Translations under genes and position numbers: made by a program
Assembly: GCA_965243135.1 (NCBI GenBank)
Contig: OZ251539.1
Coordinates: 2,592,001 to 2,656,000 of the forward strand
Length of the DNA: 64,000 bases
Reading direction: 5' to 3'
DNA from: Alphaproteobacteria bacterium
GTDB taxonomy: Bacteria; Pseudomonadota; Alphaproteobacteria; MPNO01; UBA830
The notes under the pieces: generated by a model
Databases searched by the model: none
What the model was told of the DNA's origin: nothing
What the model saw: the letters and a program-made list of their open reading frames with translations, nothing else
Shown here: one piece after another, positions 38,860 to 49,065 of the stretch
Position numbering within the stretch: position 1 is the stretch's first letter
Layout of the letters: each line of letters begins with the position of its first letter

Positions 38860-39186
38860 ATGAAAACTTTACGCTTGATCGCTTGGGTTTTGCTGGGTCT
38901 GTCCTTCCTGCTGGTTGGCCACGAGGGGCTTAACGCGCTTGAAGGAGAACCTTATCGCCTGATACCCCTCGGCGAATGGTGGTTCCGTATCGATCAAACT
39001 ATCGGAACCGCGTCGCTCAACCTCTTGCAGGCGACGATCCAGCGCCATATCTGGCCTTGGCTGTGGGACGCCGTTATCCAGAACGTTCTGTCCGCGCCGT
39101 CCTGGATGGTGTTCGGCATTATCGGAATGCTGCTGATGTGGGTCGGCCGGAGCCGCAGCCGTCGGACCCTCACGTTCCGGAGTTGA
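38860..39186 (+). CDS. Small membrane protein, hypothetical
   Basis: 108 aa with two hydrophobic helices; LGEWW...SLNLLQATIQRHIWPWLWD. Confidence 0.7.
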   Translation: MKTLRLIAWVLLGLSFLLVGHEGLNALEGEPYRLIPLGEWWFRIDQTIGTASLNLLQATIQRHIWPWLWDAVIQNVLSAPSWMVFGIIGMLLMWVGRSRSRRTLTFRS

Positions 39187-39240
39187 CGCCTGCCGCGGAA
39201 AAGCGCGGCGGAAACCGCCGGCTCGCCGCCGGAAACTTCG

Positions 39241-41037
39241 CTATTCGTCGCTTATCCGAAGCGCCTCGATGAACGCCGACTGCGGAATTTCCACGGCCCC
39301 GAACTGGCGCATGCGCTTCTTGCCCGCTTTCTGCCGGTCGAGCAGCTTGCGCTTTCGGCTGACGTCGCCGCCGTAGCATTTGGAGGTCACGTCCTTGCGC
39401 AGCGCCGAAATCGTCTCGCGCGCGACGATCTTGCCCCCGATCGCGGCCTGCAACGGAATCTTGAAGAGTTGCCGCGGTATCAAATCCTTGAGCTTTTGGC
39501 AGATGGCACGCCCGCGAAGCTCCGCCTGACTGCGATGCGTGATCATTGAAAGGGCGTCGACCGGTTCGCCGTTGACCAGAATGGAAAGCTTGACGAGATC
39601 GCCCTTCTCGTAGCCCACGACCTGATAGTCGAAGCTCGCGTAGCCGCGGCTGACGGACTTCAGGCGGTCGTAGAAATCGAACACGACCTCGTTGAGCGGC
39701 AAGTCGTAGACGACCATCGCCCGCCCGCCGGCGTAGGTCAGTTCGCGCTGGACGCCGCGACGCTCCTCGCAGAGCTTGAGAACCCCGCCCAGATACCCGT
39801 CCGGCGCCATGATCGTCGCCCGTATCCAGGGTTCCTCGATGTAGGCGACGCGAACGGGATCGGGCATGTCCGCGGGATTGTGCATTTCCGGAACGTCGCC
39901 GTCCGTCAGGTGAAGCCGGTACACCACGGAAGGCACGGTGGAAATCAGGTCGAGATCGAACTCGCGGTCCAGGCGCTGCTGCACGATCTCGAGATGCAGC
40001 AGCCCCAGGAAGCCGCAGCGAAACCCCTGGCCGAGCGCGGCCGAACTCTCCGGCTCGAAATGAAACGACGCATCGTTCAACCGAAGCTTGGCCAGATTGT
40101 CGCGAAGATCCTCGTAATCGTCGGCGTCCGTCGGGAAAAGGCCGCAAAACACCACGGGCACGCTGGGCTTGAATCCCGGCAGGGCCTCCGCAGCCGGACC
40201 GCGGTCGTCGGTGACGGTATCCCCCACCCGCGCATCGGCAACCGTCTTGATCGAGGCCGTGATGAATCCCACCTCGCCGGGGCCGAGTTCGTCGACGGGG
40301 CGGCGGGCGGGCGCGAAGACGCCCACCATGTCCACCTGGTGGGCCGCGCCGGTATCCATCATGCGAATCTTCATGCCCTTGCGGAGCGTTCCGTCGCGCA
40401 CGCGGACGAGCACGATGACGCCGAGATAGGCGTCGTACCAGGAATCCACGAGCAGCGCCTTCAGGGGCGCCTCCCTGTCGCCCTCGGGCGCCGGAAGGCG
40501 CTCCACGAGCGTTTCGAGAAGCTCGGTCACGCCCTCGCCCGTCTTCGCGGAAACGGCGAGCGCCCCGTCGAGGCCGACCACGTCTTCGATTTCCCGCCGG
40601 ATTCGCTCGGGCTCGGCCGCCGGGAGATCGATCTTGTTGAGAACGGGAATGATTTCGTGGTTGGCCTCGACGGCGAGATAGGCGTTGGCCAGGGTCTGCG
40701 CTTCCACGCCCTGGCTCGCGTCGACGATCAGCACGGAACCTTCGCAGGCGGCGAGCGACCGCGAAACCTCGTAGGTGAAGTCCACGTGTCCCGGCGTGTC
40801 CATGAGGTTGAGCTGATACGCTTCGCCGTCCGCGGCCTCGTAGTTCAGCCGCACCGTCTGCGCCTTGATGGTGATGCCGCGCTCGCGCTCCAGATCCATC
40901 GTGTCGAGCATCTGTTCCTTCAGATCCCGGGGGTCGACGCCGCCGCATCGCTGGATCAGGCGGTCCGCCAGCGTCGACTTGCCATGATCGATATGCGCGA
41001 TGATCGCGAAATTCCGGATTTGGCTGGGAGCCGTCAT
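39241..41037 (-). CDS. lepA: Elongation factor 4 (LepA)
   Basis: [42 protein letters not shown]. Confidence 0.98.
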   Translation of the reverse strand: MTAPSQIRNFAIIAHIDHGKSTLADRLIQRCGGVDPRDLKEQMLDTMDLERERGITIKAQTVRLNYEAADGEAYQLNLMDTPGHVDFTYEVSRSLAACEGSVLIVDASQGVEAQTLANAYLAVEANHEIIPVLNKIDLPAAEPERIRREIEDVVGLDGALAVSAKTGEGVTELLETLVERLPAPEGDREAPLKALLVDSWYDAYLGVIVLVRVRDGTLRKGMKIRMMDTGAAHQVDMVGVFAPARRPVDELGPGEVGFITASIKTVADARVGDTVTDDRGPAAEALPGFKPSVPVVFCGLFPTDADDYEDLRDNLAKLRLNDASFHFEPESSAALGQGFRCGFLGLLHLEIVQQRLDREFDLDLISTVPSVVYRLHLTDGDVPEMHNPADMPDPVRVAYIEEPWIRATIMAPDGYLGGVLKLCEERRGVQRELTYAGGRAMVVYDLPLNEVVFDFYDRLKSVSRGYASFDYQVVGYEKGDLVKLSILVNGEPVDALSMITHRSQAELRGRAICQKLKDLIPRQLFKIPLQAAIGGKIVARETISALRKDVTSKCYGGDVSRKRKLLDRQKAGKKRMRQFGAVEIPQSAFIEALRISDE

Positions 41038-41063
41038 GCCGCGTCTGCTCTCCGTGCGGGCAG

Positions 41064-43448
41064 TCACCCCCTGAGAACGCCGCCCGTCCGTTTTCCGACC
41101 GCCGAGACGACCCTGCCGGAGACCTTTTCGATCTCGGCGTCGGTCAGCGTCGACGTCGCAGGCTGGAGAACGACCGCGACGGCGACCGATTTCTTGCCGG
41201 CCCCGAGAGGGTCGCCCTCGTAAACGTCGAACACGCCGACATCCGAAATCAGCTCCCGGTCCGCGCCGGCCGCGGCGCGCGCGATGTCGTCCGCGGCGAC
41301 GGACTCGTCCACGACGAAGGCGAAATCCCGCGTCACCGGATGAAACGGCGGCAGCGACAGCGGCGCGGAGCCGCCGGCCTTCCGCTTCCGGGCGGGCACG
41401 GCGTCGAGACGAACGGTGAACGCGACGGCGGGCCCCTCGATATCCATGGCCCGCAATATCCGAGGGTGAACGTCTCCGAACGAGGCCAGTTCCGTCGCGC
41501 CGAGGCGGAGGACTCCGGAACGCCCGGGATGATGCCAGGCGGGCGCGTCCCGGGTGACCCGCAACGCGGCCGCCGGGGCTCCGGCGGCGTCGAGCGCCGC
41601 CGTCGCGTCCGCCTTGACATCCCAAAGATCGACGGGCCTGGCCGGCTCGCGCCAATGACGGCCGCCATGGCGACCGACGCGGATTCCCGAGGCCACGGTC
41701 TTCTGGCCCGTCTCCGTGTCGTCGGCGTATTCGGGACCGACTTCGAACAGCGCCACGTCCCGGTGGCCGCGGTCGGCGTTGCGGCGGGCGGCCTCGAGGA
41801 GGTTGGGCAGAATCGAAGGCCGCATGGCGTCGAGATCGGCCGAGATCGGGTTGTCCACGACCAGGGCCGGGTCGCCGAACCCGAACAGTTCCGCCGTTTC
41901 CCGCTTCATGAACGAAAACGTCACCGATTCGACCATGCCGCGAGCGGCCAGGGCGCGGCGCGCGTCCGATTCCAGGCGTGTCGGCCACGCCGCTTCCGGC
42001 ACGGCGTGCGGTCGCGGCAAAGGCACGGCCGGTATGCTGTCGTAACCGCGAATGCGCGCGATTTCCTCGACCAGATCGGCTTCGCCGTCGATGTCCTGCC
42101 GCCAGGACGGCACTTCGACGCGAATCTCGTCGCCTTCGTCGACCGGTTCGAAACCGAGGTCCCCGAGAATGCGAAGCTGTTCGTCGCCCGTCGCGTCGAG
42201 GCCGCCAAGCTCCGCCACGCGGGACTTGCGCAGCGCCGCCTTTCGACGCCAGTCCGGCATGTCGCCGGCCACGGTCAGTTCCGACGCTTCGCCGCCGCAC
42301 AGATCCAGGATCATCCGGGTCGCCACGCGGGCGCCCCAATAAGCGGATTCCGGATCGACGCCGCGCTCGAACCGGTAGCGGGCGTCGGACTGGATTCCGA
42401 GCTTGCGGCCCGTGCGCGCCGTGCGCGCCGGATCGAACAGCGCGACTTCGAGGAAAACGTTCGCCGTCGACTCGGATACCCCCGACGCCGCTCCCCCCAT
42501 GACTCCGCCGATCCCCTGAACGCCGTCGTCGTCGGCGATCACCGTCATCTCGGCGTCAAGCGCGTAGTCCTGCCCGTCGAGGGCAGCGATCATTTCGCCG
42601 CCGGCCGCGAAGCGCATCGTCAGGTCGCCCGTCACCTTGTCCGCGTCGAACACGTGGAGCGGCCGCGCCAGATCGAACGTGACGTAGTTGGTGATGTCGA
42701 CCAGCGCCGAGATCGGACGCAGGCCGATGGCCCGCAGCCGGTCCCGAAGCCACTTCGGGCTCTCCCCGTTGTCGACGCCCCGGAAGAACCGGCCCACCAC
42801 CAGGGGACAGGCTTCGCCGTCGGAAAGTTCGCGCCGCCACCGGACGGGCGAATCGAAAGACCCGGCCGTTTCCGGCGCGTCGAGAGGCTTCAGCCGTCCC
42901 AGTCCGGCGGCCGCCAGATCGCGGGCGATTCCGCGCACTCCGGCGCAGTCCTGCCGGTTCGGGGTCAATCCGATCTCGACGACCCGGTCCGACAGACCCA
43001 TCGCCGCGGCCGCGGGCGCGCCGACCTCCGCTTCGTCCGGCAGTTCGACGATGCCCTCGTGATCGTCCGAAAGACCCATTTCGCGCTCGGAAAGCAACAT
43101 TCCGTTGGATTCCTGGCCGCGAATCCGCGCCTTCCTGAGCGTTACGCCCTTGATCTCCAGGCCCGCGGCCGCGAACACGCCCTTCATCCCGCTGCGAGCG
43201 TTGGGCGCTCCGCACACGACCTGGACCGGCTCGCCGCCCCCGTAGTCCACCATACAAACCTTGAGGCGATCGGCGTCCGGATGCCGTTCCGCGGCGAGAA
43301 CGCGCGCCACCCGAAATCCTTCGAGCGAAGCGGCGGGATCCTCCACGGCCTCGACTTCGAGGCCGATCATGGACAGCGCGTCGACGATCTCGGCGAAGGG
43401 CCGGTCGGTCTCCAGATGGTCCCGAAGCCAGTCGAAAGTGAGTTTCAC
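41064..43448 (-). CDS. pheT: Phenylalanine-tRNA ligase beta subunit
   Basis: HPDADRL, VVCGAPN, TPNRQD, RFERGVD, FDX-ACB C-terminus. Confidence 0.97.
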   Translation of the reverse strand: MKLTFDWLRDHLETDRPFAEIVDALSMIGLEVEAVEDPAASLEGFRVARVLAAERHPDADRLKVCMVDYGGGEPVQVVCGAPNARSGMKGVFAAAGLEIKGVTLRKARIRGQESNGMLLSEREMGLSDDHEGIVELPDEAEVGAPAAAAMGLSDRVVEIGLTPNRQDCAGVRGIARDLAAAGLGRLKPLDAPETAGSFDSPVRWRRELSDGEACPLVVGRFFRGVDNGESPKWLRDRLRAIGLRPISALVDITNYVTFDLARPLHVFDADKVTGDLTMRFAAGGEMIAALDGQDYALDAEMTVIADDDGVQGIGGVMGGAASGVSESTANVFLEVALFDPARTARTGRKLGIQSDARYRFERGVDPESAYWGARVATRMILDLCGGEASELTVAGDMPDWRRKAALRKSRVAELGGLDATGDEQLRILGDLGFEPVDEGDEIRVEVPSWRQDIDGEADLVEEIARIRGYDSIPAVPLPRPHAVPEAAWPTRLESDARRALAARGMVESVTFSFMKRETAELFGFGDPALVVDNPISADLDAMRPSILPNLLEAARRNADRGHRDVALFEVGPEYADDTETGQKTVASGIRVGRHGGRHWREPARPVDLWDVKADATAALDAAGAPAAALRVTRDAPAWHHPGRSGVLRLGATELASFGDVHPRILRAMDIEGPAVAFTVRLDAVPARKRKAGGSAPLSLPPFHPVTRDFAFVVDESVAADDIARAAAGADRELISDVGVFDVYEGDPLGAGKKSVAVAVVLQPATSTLTDAEIEKVSGRVVSAVGKRTGGVLRG

Positions 43449-43452
43449 CGGC

Positions 43453-44538
43453 TCAACTCCTCGCGAGCCCGGTCGCGACGTTGGGAACGTCGAGCGCGGA
43501 AAATCCGTAGTGCCGCAACCAGCGGATATCCGACTCGTAGAACGTGCGCAGATCGGGAATGCCGTATTTGAGCATCGCCGCCCGTTCGATGCCGAGGCCG
43601 AAAGCGAAGCCCTGATGGATCGCCGGATCGATGCCGCAATTCTCGAGGACGCGCGGATTGACCATGCCGCAGCCGAGAATTTCCAGCCAGTCCTCCGCGC
43701 CTTCGCCGCGACCGATCGAAAGGCCGCCGTCCGCGCGCGAACAGCCGATATCGACCTCGGCCGACGGTTCGGTGAAGGGAAAATAGGACGGCCGGAACCG
43801 GACCGGCAAATCGTCGATGCCGAAAAACGCCCTGCAGAACTCGATGAGGCAGCCCTTCAGGTGCCCCATATGGACGCCTTCGTCGATCGCCAGCCCCTCG
43901 ATCTGATGGAACATGGGCGAATGGGTCGCGTCATGGTCGGCGCGAAAGGTGCGGCCCGGCACGACGATCCTGATCGGAGGCTTCCGCGCGAGCATCGTGC
44001 GGATTTGCACCGGCGAGGTGTGCGTGCGCAGCACCAGGCGCGAGCCGTCCGTCCGCCGCGGCAAGTAGAACGTGTCGTGATCCTGCCGCGCGGGATGGTC
44101 GGGCGGAATGTTGAGCGCGGTGAAGTTGTTGAAGTCGGTTTCGATGTGGGGACCGTCCGCGACCGCGAAGCCCATCTGGCAGAATATGGCCACCATCTCG
44201 TCGACGGTCTGGCTGATGGGGTGGATGCGGCCTTCCGGCTCGGGCCGAGCGGGAAGGCTGACGTCGACGGCGTCCTCCGCCAGGCGCGCATCGATCGCCG
44301 CGGCTTCCAGTTCCGCCTTTTTCCGGTCGATGGCGTCGGCGACGGCGTTCTTCACCTCGTTGAGCGCCCGGCCCGCCGGCCTGCGTTCTTCGGGAGGAAG
44401 GGATCCGATACCCTTCATCAGCGCGGTGACGCTGCCGGACCGCCCCAGAGCGCCTACGCGGATTTCCTCCAACGCCGCCATGTCGGCGGCGTCCACCCGC
44501 TGGAGCAGATCCTCCTTCAGACGATCGAGATCTTCCAT
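43453..44538 (-). CDS. pheS: Phenylalanine-tRNA ligase alpha subunit
   Basis: HPARQDHDTFY, LRTHTSPVQ, FPFTEPSAE, GFAFGLGIER. Confidence 0.98.
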   Translation of the reverse strand: MEDLDRLKEDLLQRVDAADMAALEEIRVGALGRSGSVTALMKGIGSLPPEERRPAGRALNEVKNAVADAIDRKKAELEAAAIDARLAEDAVDVSLPARPEPEGRIHPISQTVDEMVAIFCQMGFAVADGPHIETDFNNFTALNIPPDHPARQDHDTFYLPRRTDGSRLVLRTHTSPVQIRTMLARKPPIRIVVPGRTFRADHDATHSPMFHQIEGLAIDEGVHMGHLKGCLIEFCRAFFGIDDLPVRFRPSYFPFTEPSAEVDIGCSRADGGLSIGRGEGAEDWLEILGCGMVNPRVLENCGIDPAIHQGFAFGLGIERAAMLKYGIPDLRTFYESDIRWLRHYGFSALDVPNVATGLARS

Positions 44539-44577
44539 AAGTCCGGTCCAGGAGCCGCCGCTTCCGGCCGCCAGTGA

Positions 44578-44937
44578 TCAGTCGGCAAGAGCTGCCTTGG
44601 CCCGTTCGACGACGCTGCCGAACGCGTCCGGCTCGCGCGCCGCCAGATCCGCCAGCACCTTGCGGTCGAGTTCGATGCCGGCGAGCTTCACGCCGTTCAT
44701 GAACCTGGAATAGGTCAGGCCATGCGCCCGCGCTCCGGCATTGATTCGCTGAATCCAAAGCGCGCGGAAATTGCGTTTTCGCGTCCGCCGGTCGCGATAG
44801 GCGTACTGTCCGGCTTTCTCGACTTTCTCGATCGCGACCTTGAACACGTTGGAATTCCGGCCGCGATAGCCTTTCGCCTTCCGGATGACCTTCTTGTGGC
44901 GGGCGTGCGTCGTGACGCCCCGCTTGACTCGCGCCAT
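44578..44937 (-). CDS. rplT: 50S ribosomal protein L20
   Basis: MARVKRGV...AYRDRR...LWIQRINA. Confidence 0.98.
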   Translation of the reverse strand: MARVKRGVTTHARHKKVIRKAKGYRGRNSNVFKVAIEKVEKAGQYAYRDRRTRKRNFRALWIQRINAGARAHGLTYSRFMNGVKLAGIELDRKVLADLAAREPDAFGSVVERAKAALAD

Positions 44938-44952
44938 TTTGCAGAACCTCCG

Positions 44953-45150
44953 TCAGGCGTAGGGCAAATACGATCTGACGAGGCGGGAATCCGCGTCCGC
45001 CATGACCTGCTTGCCGCGCGCGCCGCGCTTCATCTTTTGCGGCCTCTTGCGGAGATTGTGGCGTTTTCCGGCGAATCCCGACCGGATTTTGCCGCCGCCG
45101 GTGGCGCGAAAACGCTTCTTCGCGCCGCTCTTCGACTTGAGCTTGGGCAT
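44953..45150 (-). CDS. rpmI: 50S ribosomal protein L35
   Basis: MPKLKSKSGAKKRF...LPY. Confidence 0.97.
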   Translation of the reverse strand: MPKLKSKSGAKKRFRATGGGKIRSGFAGKRHNLRKRPQKMKRGARGKQVMADADSRLVRSYLPYA

Positions 45151-45279
45151 TTTCGTCTCCTCGTCGCTGAACGACGGCCCCGGCATGCCCGGCCGGACCG
45201 TTCGTTGCAGAGTGTCCGCAGTCGGCGGCTTATAGCGAGTCGCCGCGCAAGAAACAAGGCGGCGTCGGCCTTCGCCGGG

Positions 45280-45594
45280 TCAGACCGATGCTTGAATCCA
45301 CTCCACGAGCTTGCTCTTGGGGAGCGCGCCCACCTTCGTGGCGGCCACCTTTCCGTCCTTGAACAGGATAAGGGTGGGAATGCCCCGCACGCCGTATTTG
45401 GAGGGGGTCATGGGATTTTCGTCGATGTTCACCTTCGCGACGGCGATCTCCATCTCCTCGGAAATTTCTTCCAGGGACGGACCGATCTGCTTGCACGGGC
45501 CGCACCACTCGGCCCAGAAATCGACCAGAACGGGACCTTCCGCCCCGAGCACTTCGCTGTCGAACGAGTCGTCGGAAACCGGTTTGCTTGCCAT
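45280..45594 (-). CDS. trxA: Thioredoxin
   Basis: [16 protein letters not shown]. Confidence 0.96.
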   Translation of the reverse strand: MASKPVSDDSFDSEVLGAEGPVLVDFWAEWCGPCKQIGPSLEEISEEMEIAVAKVNIDENPMTPSKYGVRGIPTLILFKDGKVAATKVGALPKSKLVEWIQASV

Positions 45595-45669
45595 GTCCAC
45601 CCCTTTTGCGCGAAACCGGCGGCCCGCGTCCGCCGGATGAAGACACGCTAGCGGAAAACCGAAGCTCCG

Positions 45670-48600
45670 TCAAGGCGCGTGAGGATCGAGCAGCGCCGCT
45701 TCGAGGGGCATCAGCCGCGGCCCTTCGGTCCACAGCAAAATGCATTCGACCTCGCGGCCGGGATGGACTTTCCGCAGCAGAGCCCGGTATTCGGCCATCT
45801 GCCGGAGGTAGCGAACCGGCACGTCGCGCGGTCGCGGCGGCGTCGGGCGATTCGTCTTGAAATCCAGAATTTTCACCGTCTCCGGCATGACGATCAGACG
45901 GTCCACCCGGCCGGAGATCGCGGCGCCGCCCACCACCCCGGCAACCGCCGCCTCGGAGCGCGAACCGGGACCGAAGAGGGCCGCGCAGTCCGGATGGTCG
46001 AGCACGGCGAAGGTCTCTCGCGACAGCTCTTCGACGGCTTCGGCGTCGAGGCCGTGAACGGGACGCTCGAGGAAACGCCGCGCCGCCGCCGGCCGCGACT
46101 CGGTCGGCAGCTCGGGAAGAATCTCGAGCAGCCTGTGCACGAGCAGACCCCGCTTGAACGCGGCGCCGCGGCGACCTCCCAGGGGCGACCGGACGGCAGG
46201 CTCGCGCCTGACGGGCCGCGAGGGGGCCAGCGGGCGGGACGGCTCCGGCTCCTCGGGCGCCGGCCTGTCCGCCCAGCCGGGCAGCGCCTCCGTCACGGCA
46301 ACGGGAACCTCATCCGTCTTCCGGCGGTCCGGCGGCGCCTTCTGCGCGTTCGAAAGGCGGCGCCCTTCCCCTTCCCAACCCGGCTCGCCGGCGACCTCGC
46401 CGGACCGGAACCCGAAGGCGGGGGCGTCGTCCAGGCCGCGCGCCACGAGATTGCGCCACGCTCCTTCGGGCGGCGACCTGCGGGTCCCGTAGCCGCAAAC
46501 GTAAAGACGATCCTCGGCGCGCGTCATGGCGACGTAAAGGAGGCGCCGATACTCCTCGTCGCGGCGTCCGGCCGCGGCTTCTTCGAATCGATTCGCGACC
46601 CGCTCGCGATGCTCCGCCCGCGGCGGCCACAGGACCATTTCTTGGCCGCCCTCCGTGCCCCAGATCAGGCCGCGGTCGGCTTGCGGAGTCTGCATGGTGT
46701 CCGCGAGAAAAACGATGGGAGCCTGGAGGCCTTTCGCCCCGTGGACGGTCATGACGCGCACCTCGTCGCGAACGGCCTGATCGAGGTCGCGCTTGATCTC
46801 CGCCTGCCCTCCCTCGAACCAGTGCAGAAAGCCCTGCAGCGACGGCGTGTGCGCCCGCTCGTAGGCGAGGGCGAGGGCGAGGAATTCGTCGATCGGATCG
46901 TTGGCCTCGTCCCCAAGCCGCGCGAGAATGCGGGCCCGGCCTTTCATCGGCCCGAGAACGCGGGCGAAGAACTCGTACGGCGGCGTCCGATCCGCGCTCC
47001 GCAGCGCGTCGCGGAGCAGGCCCATCTCCTCTTCCGCTGCCGGACGGTCTCTCAACGCCGCCCAGACGGTGGACTCGCGGTCATGGCAGACGTCGAACAG
47101 CGCGTTCTCGTCGAAACCGATCAACGGCCCCTTCAACACCGCGGCGAGATTCAGGTCGTCCTGCGGCAACAGGGCGAACGCGGCGAGCGCCAGGAGGTCC
47201 CTGACCGCGAGCTGGGAGCCCAGCACCATGCGGTCGATGCCGGCCACGGGAATGCCGCGCTTCTTGAGCTCCCGGATCAGCTCCTCGACGAAGGCGGTTC
47301 GGCGGCGCACCAGCACCATGACGTCGCCCGGCCGGATCGGCCGGTCCGCGCTCGGCAGGAGTTCGCGCGTGTGCCGCCACTCGTCGATCTTCCGGGCGAT
47401 CGCGCACGCCAACTGGAACGTGGGAGGCGCCCGTTCCCGCGTTCCGCCCGGAAGCGCCCAAGGCTCGTCGTCCGGGCGTTCCGGCGGCATGACCGGAGGC
47501 CACATCTCCACCAGCCCCCCCTGCCCGGCGCGGTGCGGCGTATGCCGGATAGCGGCTTTCGACACGCCCTCGCGCGCCGTTTCGTCGGCGAAGACGTCGT
47601 CGACCGCCCGCAGCACCGATTCGGTGGATCGAAACGAAACGTCGAGAGGCACCCGCAACCAGTCCATGCCGGCTTCTCGGGCGCGCCGTTCGAAATGAGC
47701 GCTCATGCGCGCGAACTCGTCCGGCGCGGCGCCCTGAAAACCGAAGATCGACTGCTTCTCGTCTCCCACCGCGAAAACGGTGCGCGCCTTTTCCCCGGCG
47801 CCCTCGCCCGCGAAGAACTCCTCGGTGATGGCGCGGATGACGGCCCACTGGTCGGCGTTGCTGTCCTGCGCTTCGTCGATCAGCACATGGTCGATGCCGC
47901 CGTCGAGCTTGTACATAACCCACGGCGCCGCGCGTTCGACGAGCCCGCGCGCCGCAAGGATCAGATCGTCGTAATCGAGAAGCGCGTAGCGGCGCTTTCG
48001 CTCTTCGTATCGATCTATCAGCGCGGTCGCCATCTCCAGAATCGCGGCGGTCGCTTCGACGGTCCGGATCGCCTTGCGCTTTTCGGCGGCCTCCTGCACG
48101 CGCGACGCCTCGCCGTGGAGGATCTCGACAACGCGCGGCATGGCGTCGCATACTTTCTTCGTCGCCAGCCGGGCGCGAATCCCGCCCGCGCTCGTAAGGA
48201 AGGCTTTGGCGTAGGCGTCGAACGTCGCTTGCCGCTCGTCGACCGCGTCCAGCCAAGTCCTGATGATGTCAGCCCTTTCCAGATCCGTCTTGCCGCCGTC
48301 TGCGAGAGCGTTCGCCGCTTCGCGCAGTTCGTCCTCCGGGGCGGCCCGGCAAACGGCCGCGATCGCCTCTTCGACGGTTTCCTCCGCCGCGACCCGGAGC
48401 GCCTCGCGAAGGGCGCTTTCGGCCCCCGCCCTGCCGCCATGGCGGTCCAACAAACGCCGCAGCCTTCCGCTCTGGCCGGTGATCTGCGCCATCAGCGTCG
48501 CGAATTCGTCTTCCTGCACCCAGCCGGTCACGGTCCGCACCGCGGAGGCCAGGCCTTCGTCCCCGCCTCGATGGGCGAGATCGAGGATCTCGTCGCGCGC

Positions 48601-49065
48601 GGCTTCGAGCGCCTCCGCCGCGGAGCGCTCGTCCATCACCTCGAAATGCGGAACGACTCCGGCTTCGATGGGAAACCTGCCAAGCAGGGATTCGCAGAAA
48701 GCGTGAATTGTCTGGATCTTCAAGCCGCCGGGCGCCTCCAGCACGTCCGCGAAGAGCCTGCGGGCGGTCGCGAGAACGCTTTCCCCGGGTTCCTCGCCGG
48801 TCAATCCGCGGACGGTTTCGACAAGCTCTTCGTCGCCGGCGATCGCCCACTCGCCGAGCAGGCGGCGGATGCGGTTCTGCATCTCCGCGGCGGCGGCGCG
48901 CGTGAAGGTCAGGCACAGGATTTTTTCCGGGCGGGCGCCCCGCAGCAGCAGCCGCAACACGCGATCCGCGAGCACCTTGGTCTTGCCCGATCCGGCCGAC
49001 GCCGATACCCAAACGCACGCATTCGGCGTCGAGGCTTCCGCCTGTTGCGGATAGGGTTGAATCAT
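45670..49065 (-). CDS. addA: Double-strand break repair helicase AddA
   Basis: SASAGSGKT, IDEAQD, MTVHGAKGL, LYVAMTRA; nuclease GRVDRL..LDFKT. Confidence 0.95.
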   Translation of the reverse strand: MIQPYPQQAEASTPNACVWVSASAGSGKTKVLADRVLRLLLRGARPEKILCLTFTRAAAAEMQNRIRRLLGEWAIAGDEELVETVRGLTGEEPGESVLATARRLFADVLEAPGGLKIQTIHAFCESLLGRFPIEAGVVPHFEVMDERSAAEALEAARDEILDLAHRGGDEGLASAVRTVTGWVQEDEFATLMAQITGQSGRLRRLLDRHGGRAGAESALREALRVAAEETVEEAIAAVCRAAPEDELREAANALADGGKTDLERADIIRTWLDAVDERQATFDAYAKAFLTSAGGIRARLATKKVCDAMPRVVEILHGEASRVQEAAEKRKAIRTVEATAAILEMATALIDRYEERKRRYALLDYDDLILAARGLVERAAPWVMYKLDGGIDHVLIDEAQDSNADQWAVIRAITEEFFAGEGAGEKARTVFAVGDEKQSIFGFQGAAPDEFARMSAHFERRAREAGMDWLRVPLDVSFRSTESVLRAVDDVFADETAREGVSKAAIRHTPHRAGQGGLVEMWPPVMPPERPDDEPWALPGGTRERAPPTFQLACAIARKIDEWRHTRELLPSADRPIRPGDVMVLVRRRTAFVEELIRELKKRGIPVAGIDRMVLGSQLAVRDLLALAAFALLPQDDLNLAAVLKGPLIGFDENALFDVCHDRESTVWAALRDRPAAEEEMGLLRDALRSADRTPPYEFFARVLGPMKGRARILARLGDEANDPIDEFLALALAYERAHTPSLQGFLHWFEGGQAEIKRDLDQAVRDEVRVMTVHGAKGLQAPIVFLADTMQTPQADRGLIWGTEGGQEMVLWPPRAEHRERVANRFEEAAAGRRDEEYRRLLYVAMTRAEDRLYVCGYGTRRSPPEGAWRNLVARGLDDAPAFGFRSGEVAGEPGWEGEGRRLSNAQKAPPDRRKTDEVPVAVTEALPGWADRPAPEEPEPSRPLAPSRPVRREPAVRSPLGGRRGAAFKRGLLVHRLLEILPELPTESRPAAARRFLERPVHGLDAEAVEELSRETFAVLDHPDCAALFGPGSRSEAAVAGVVGGAAISGRVDRLIVMPETVKILDFKTNRPTPPRPRDVPVRYLRQMAEYRALLRKVHPGREVECILLWTEGPRLMPLEAALLDPHAP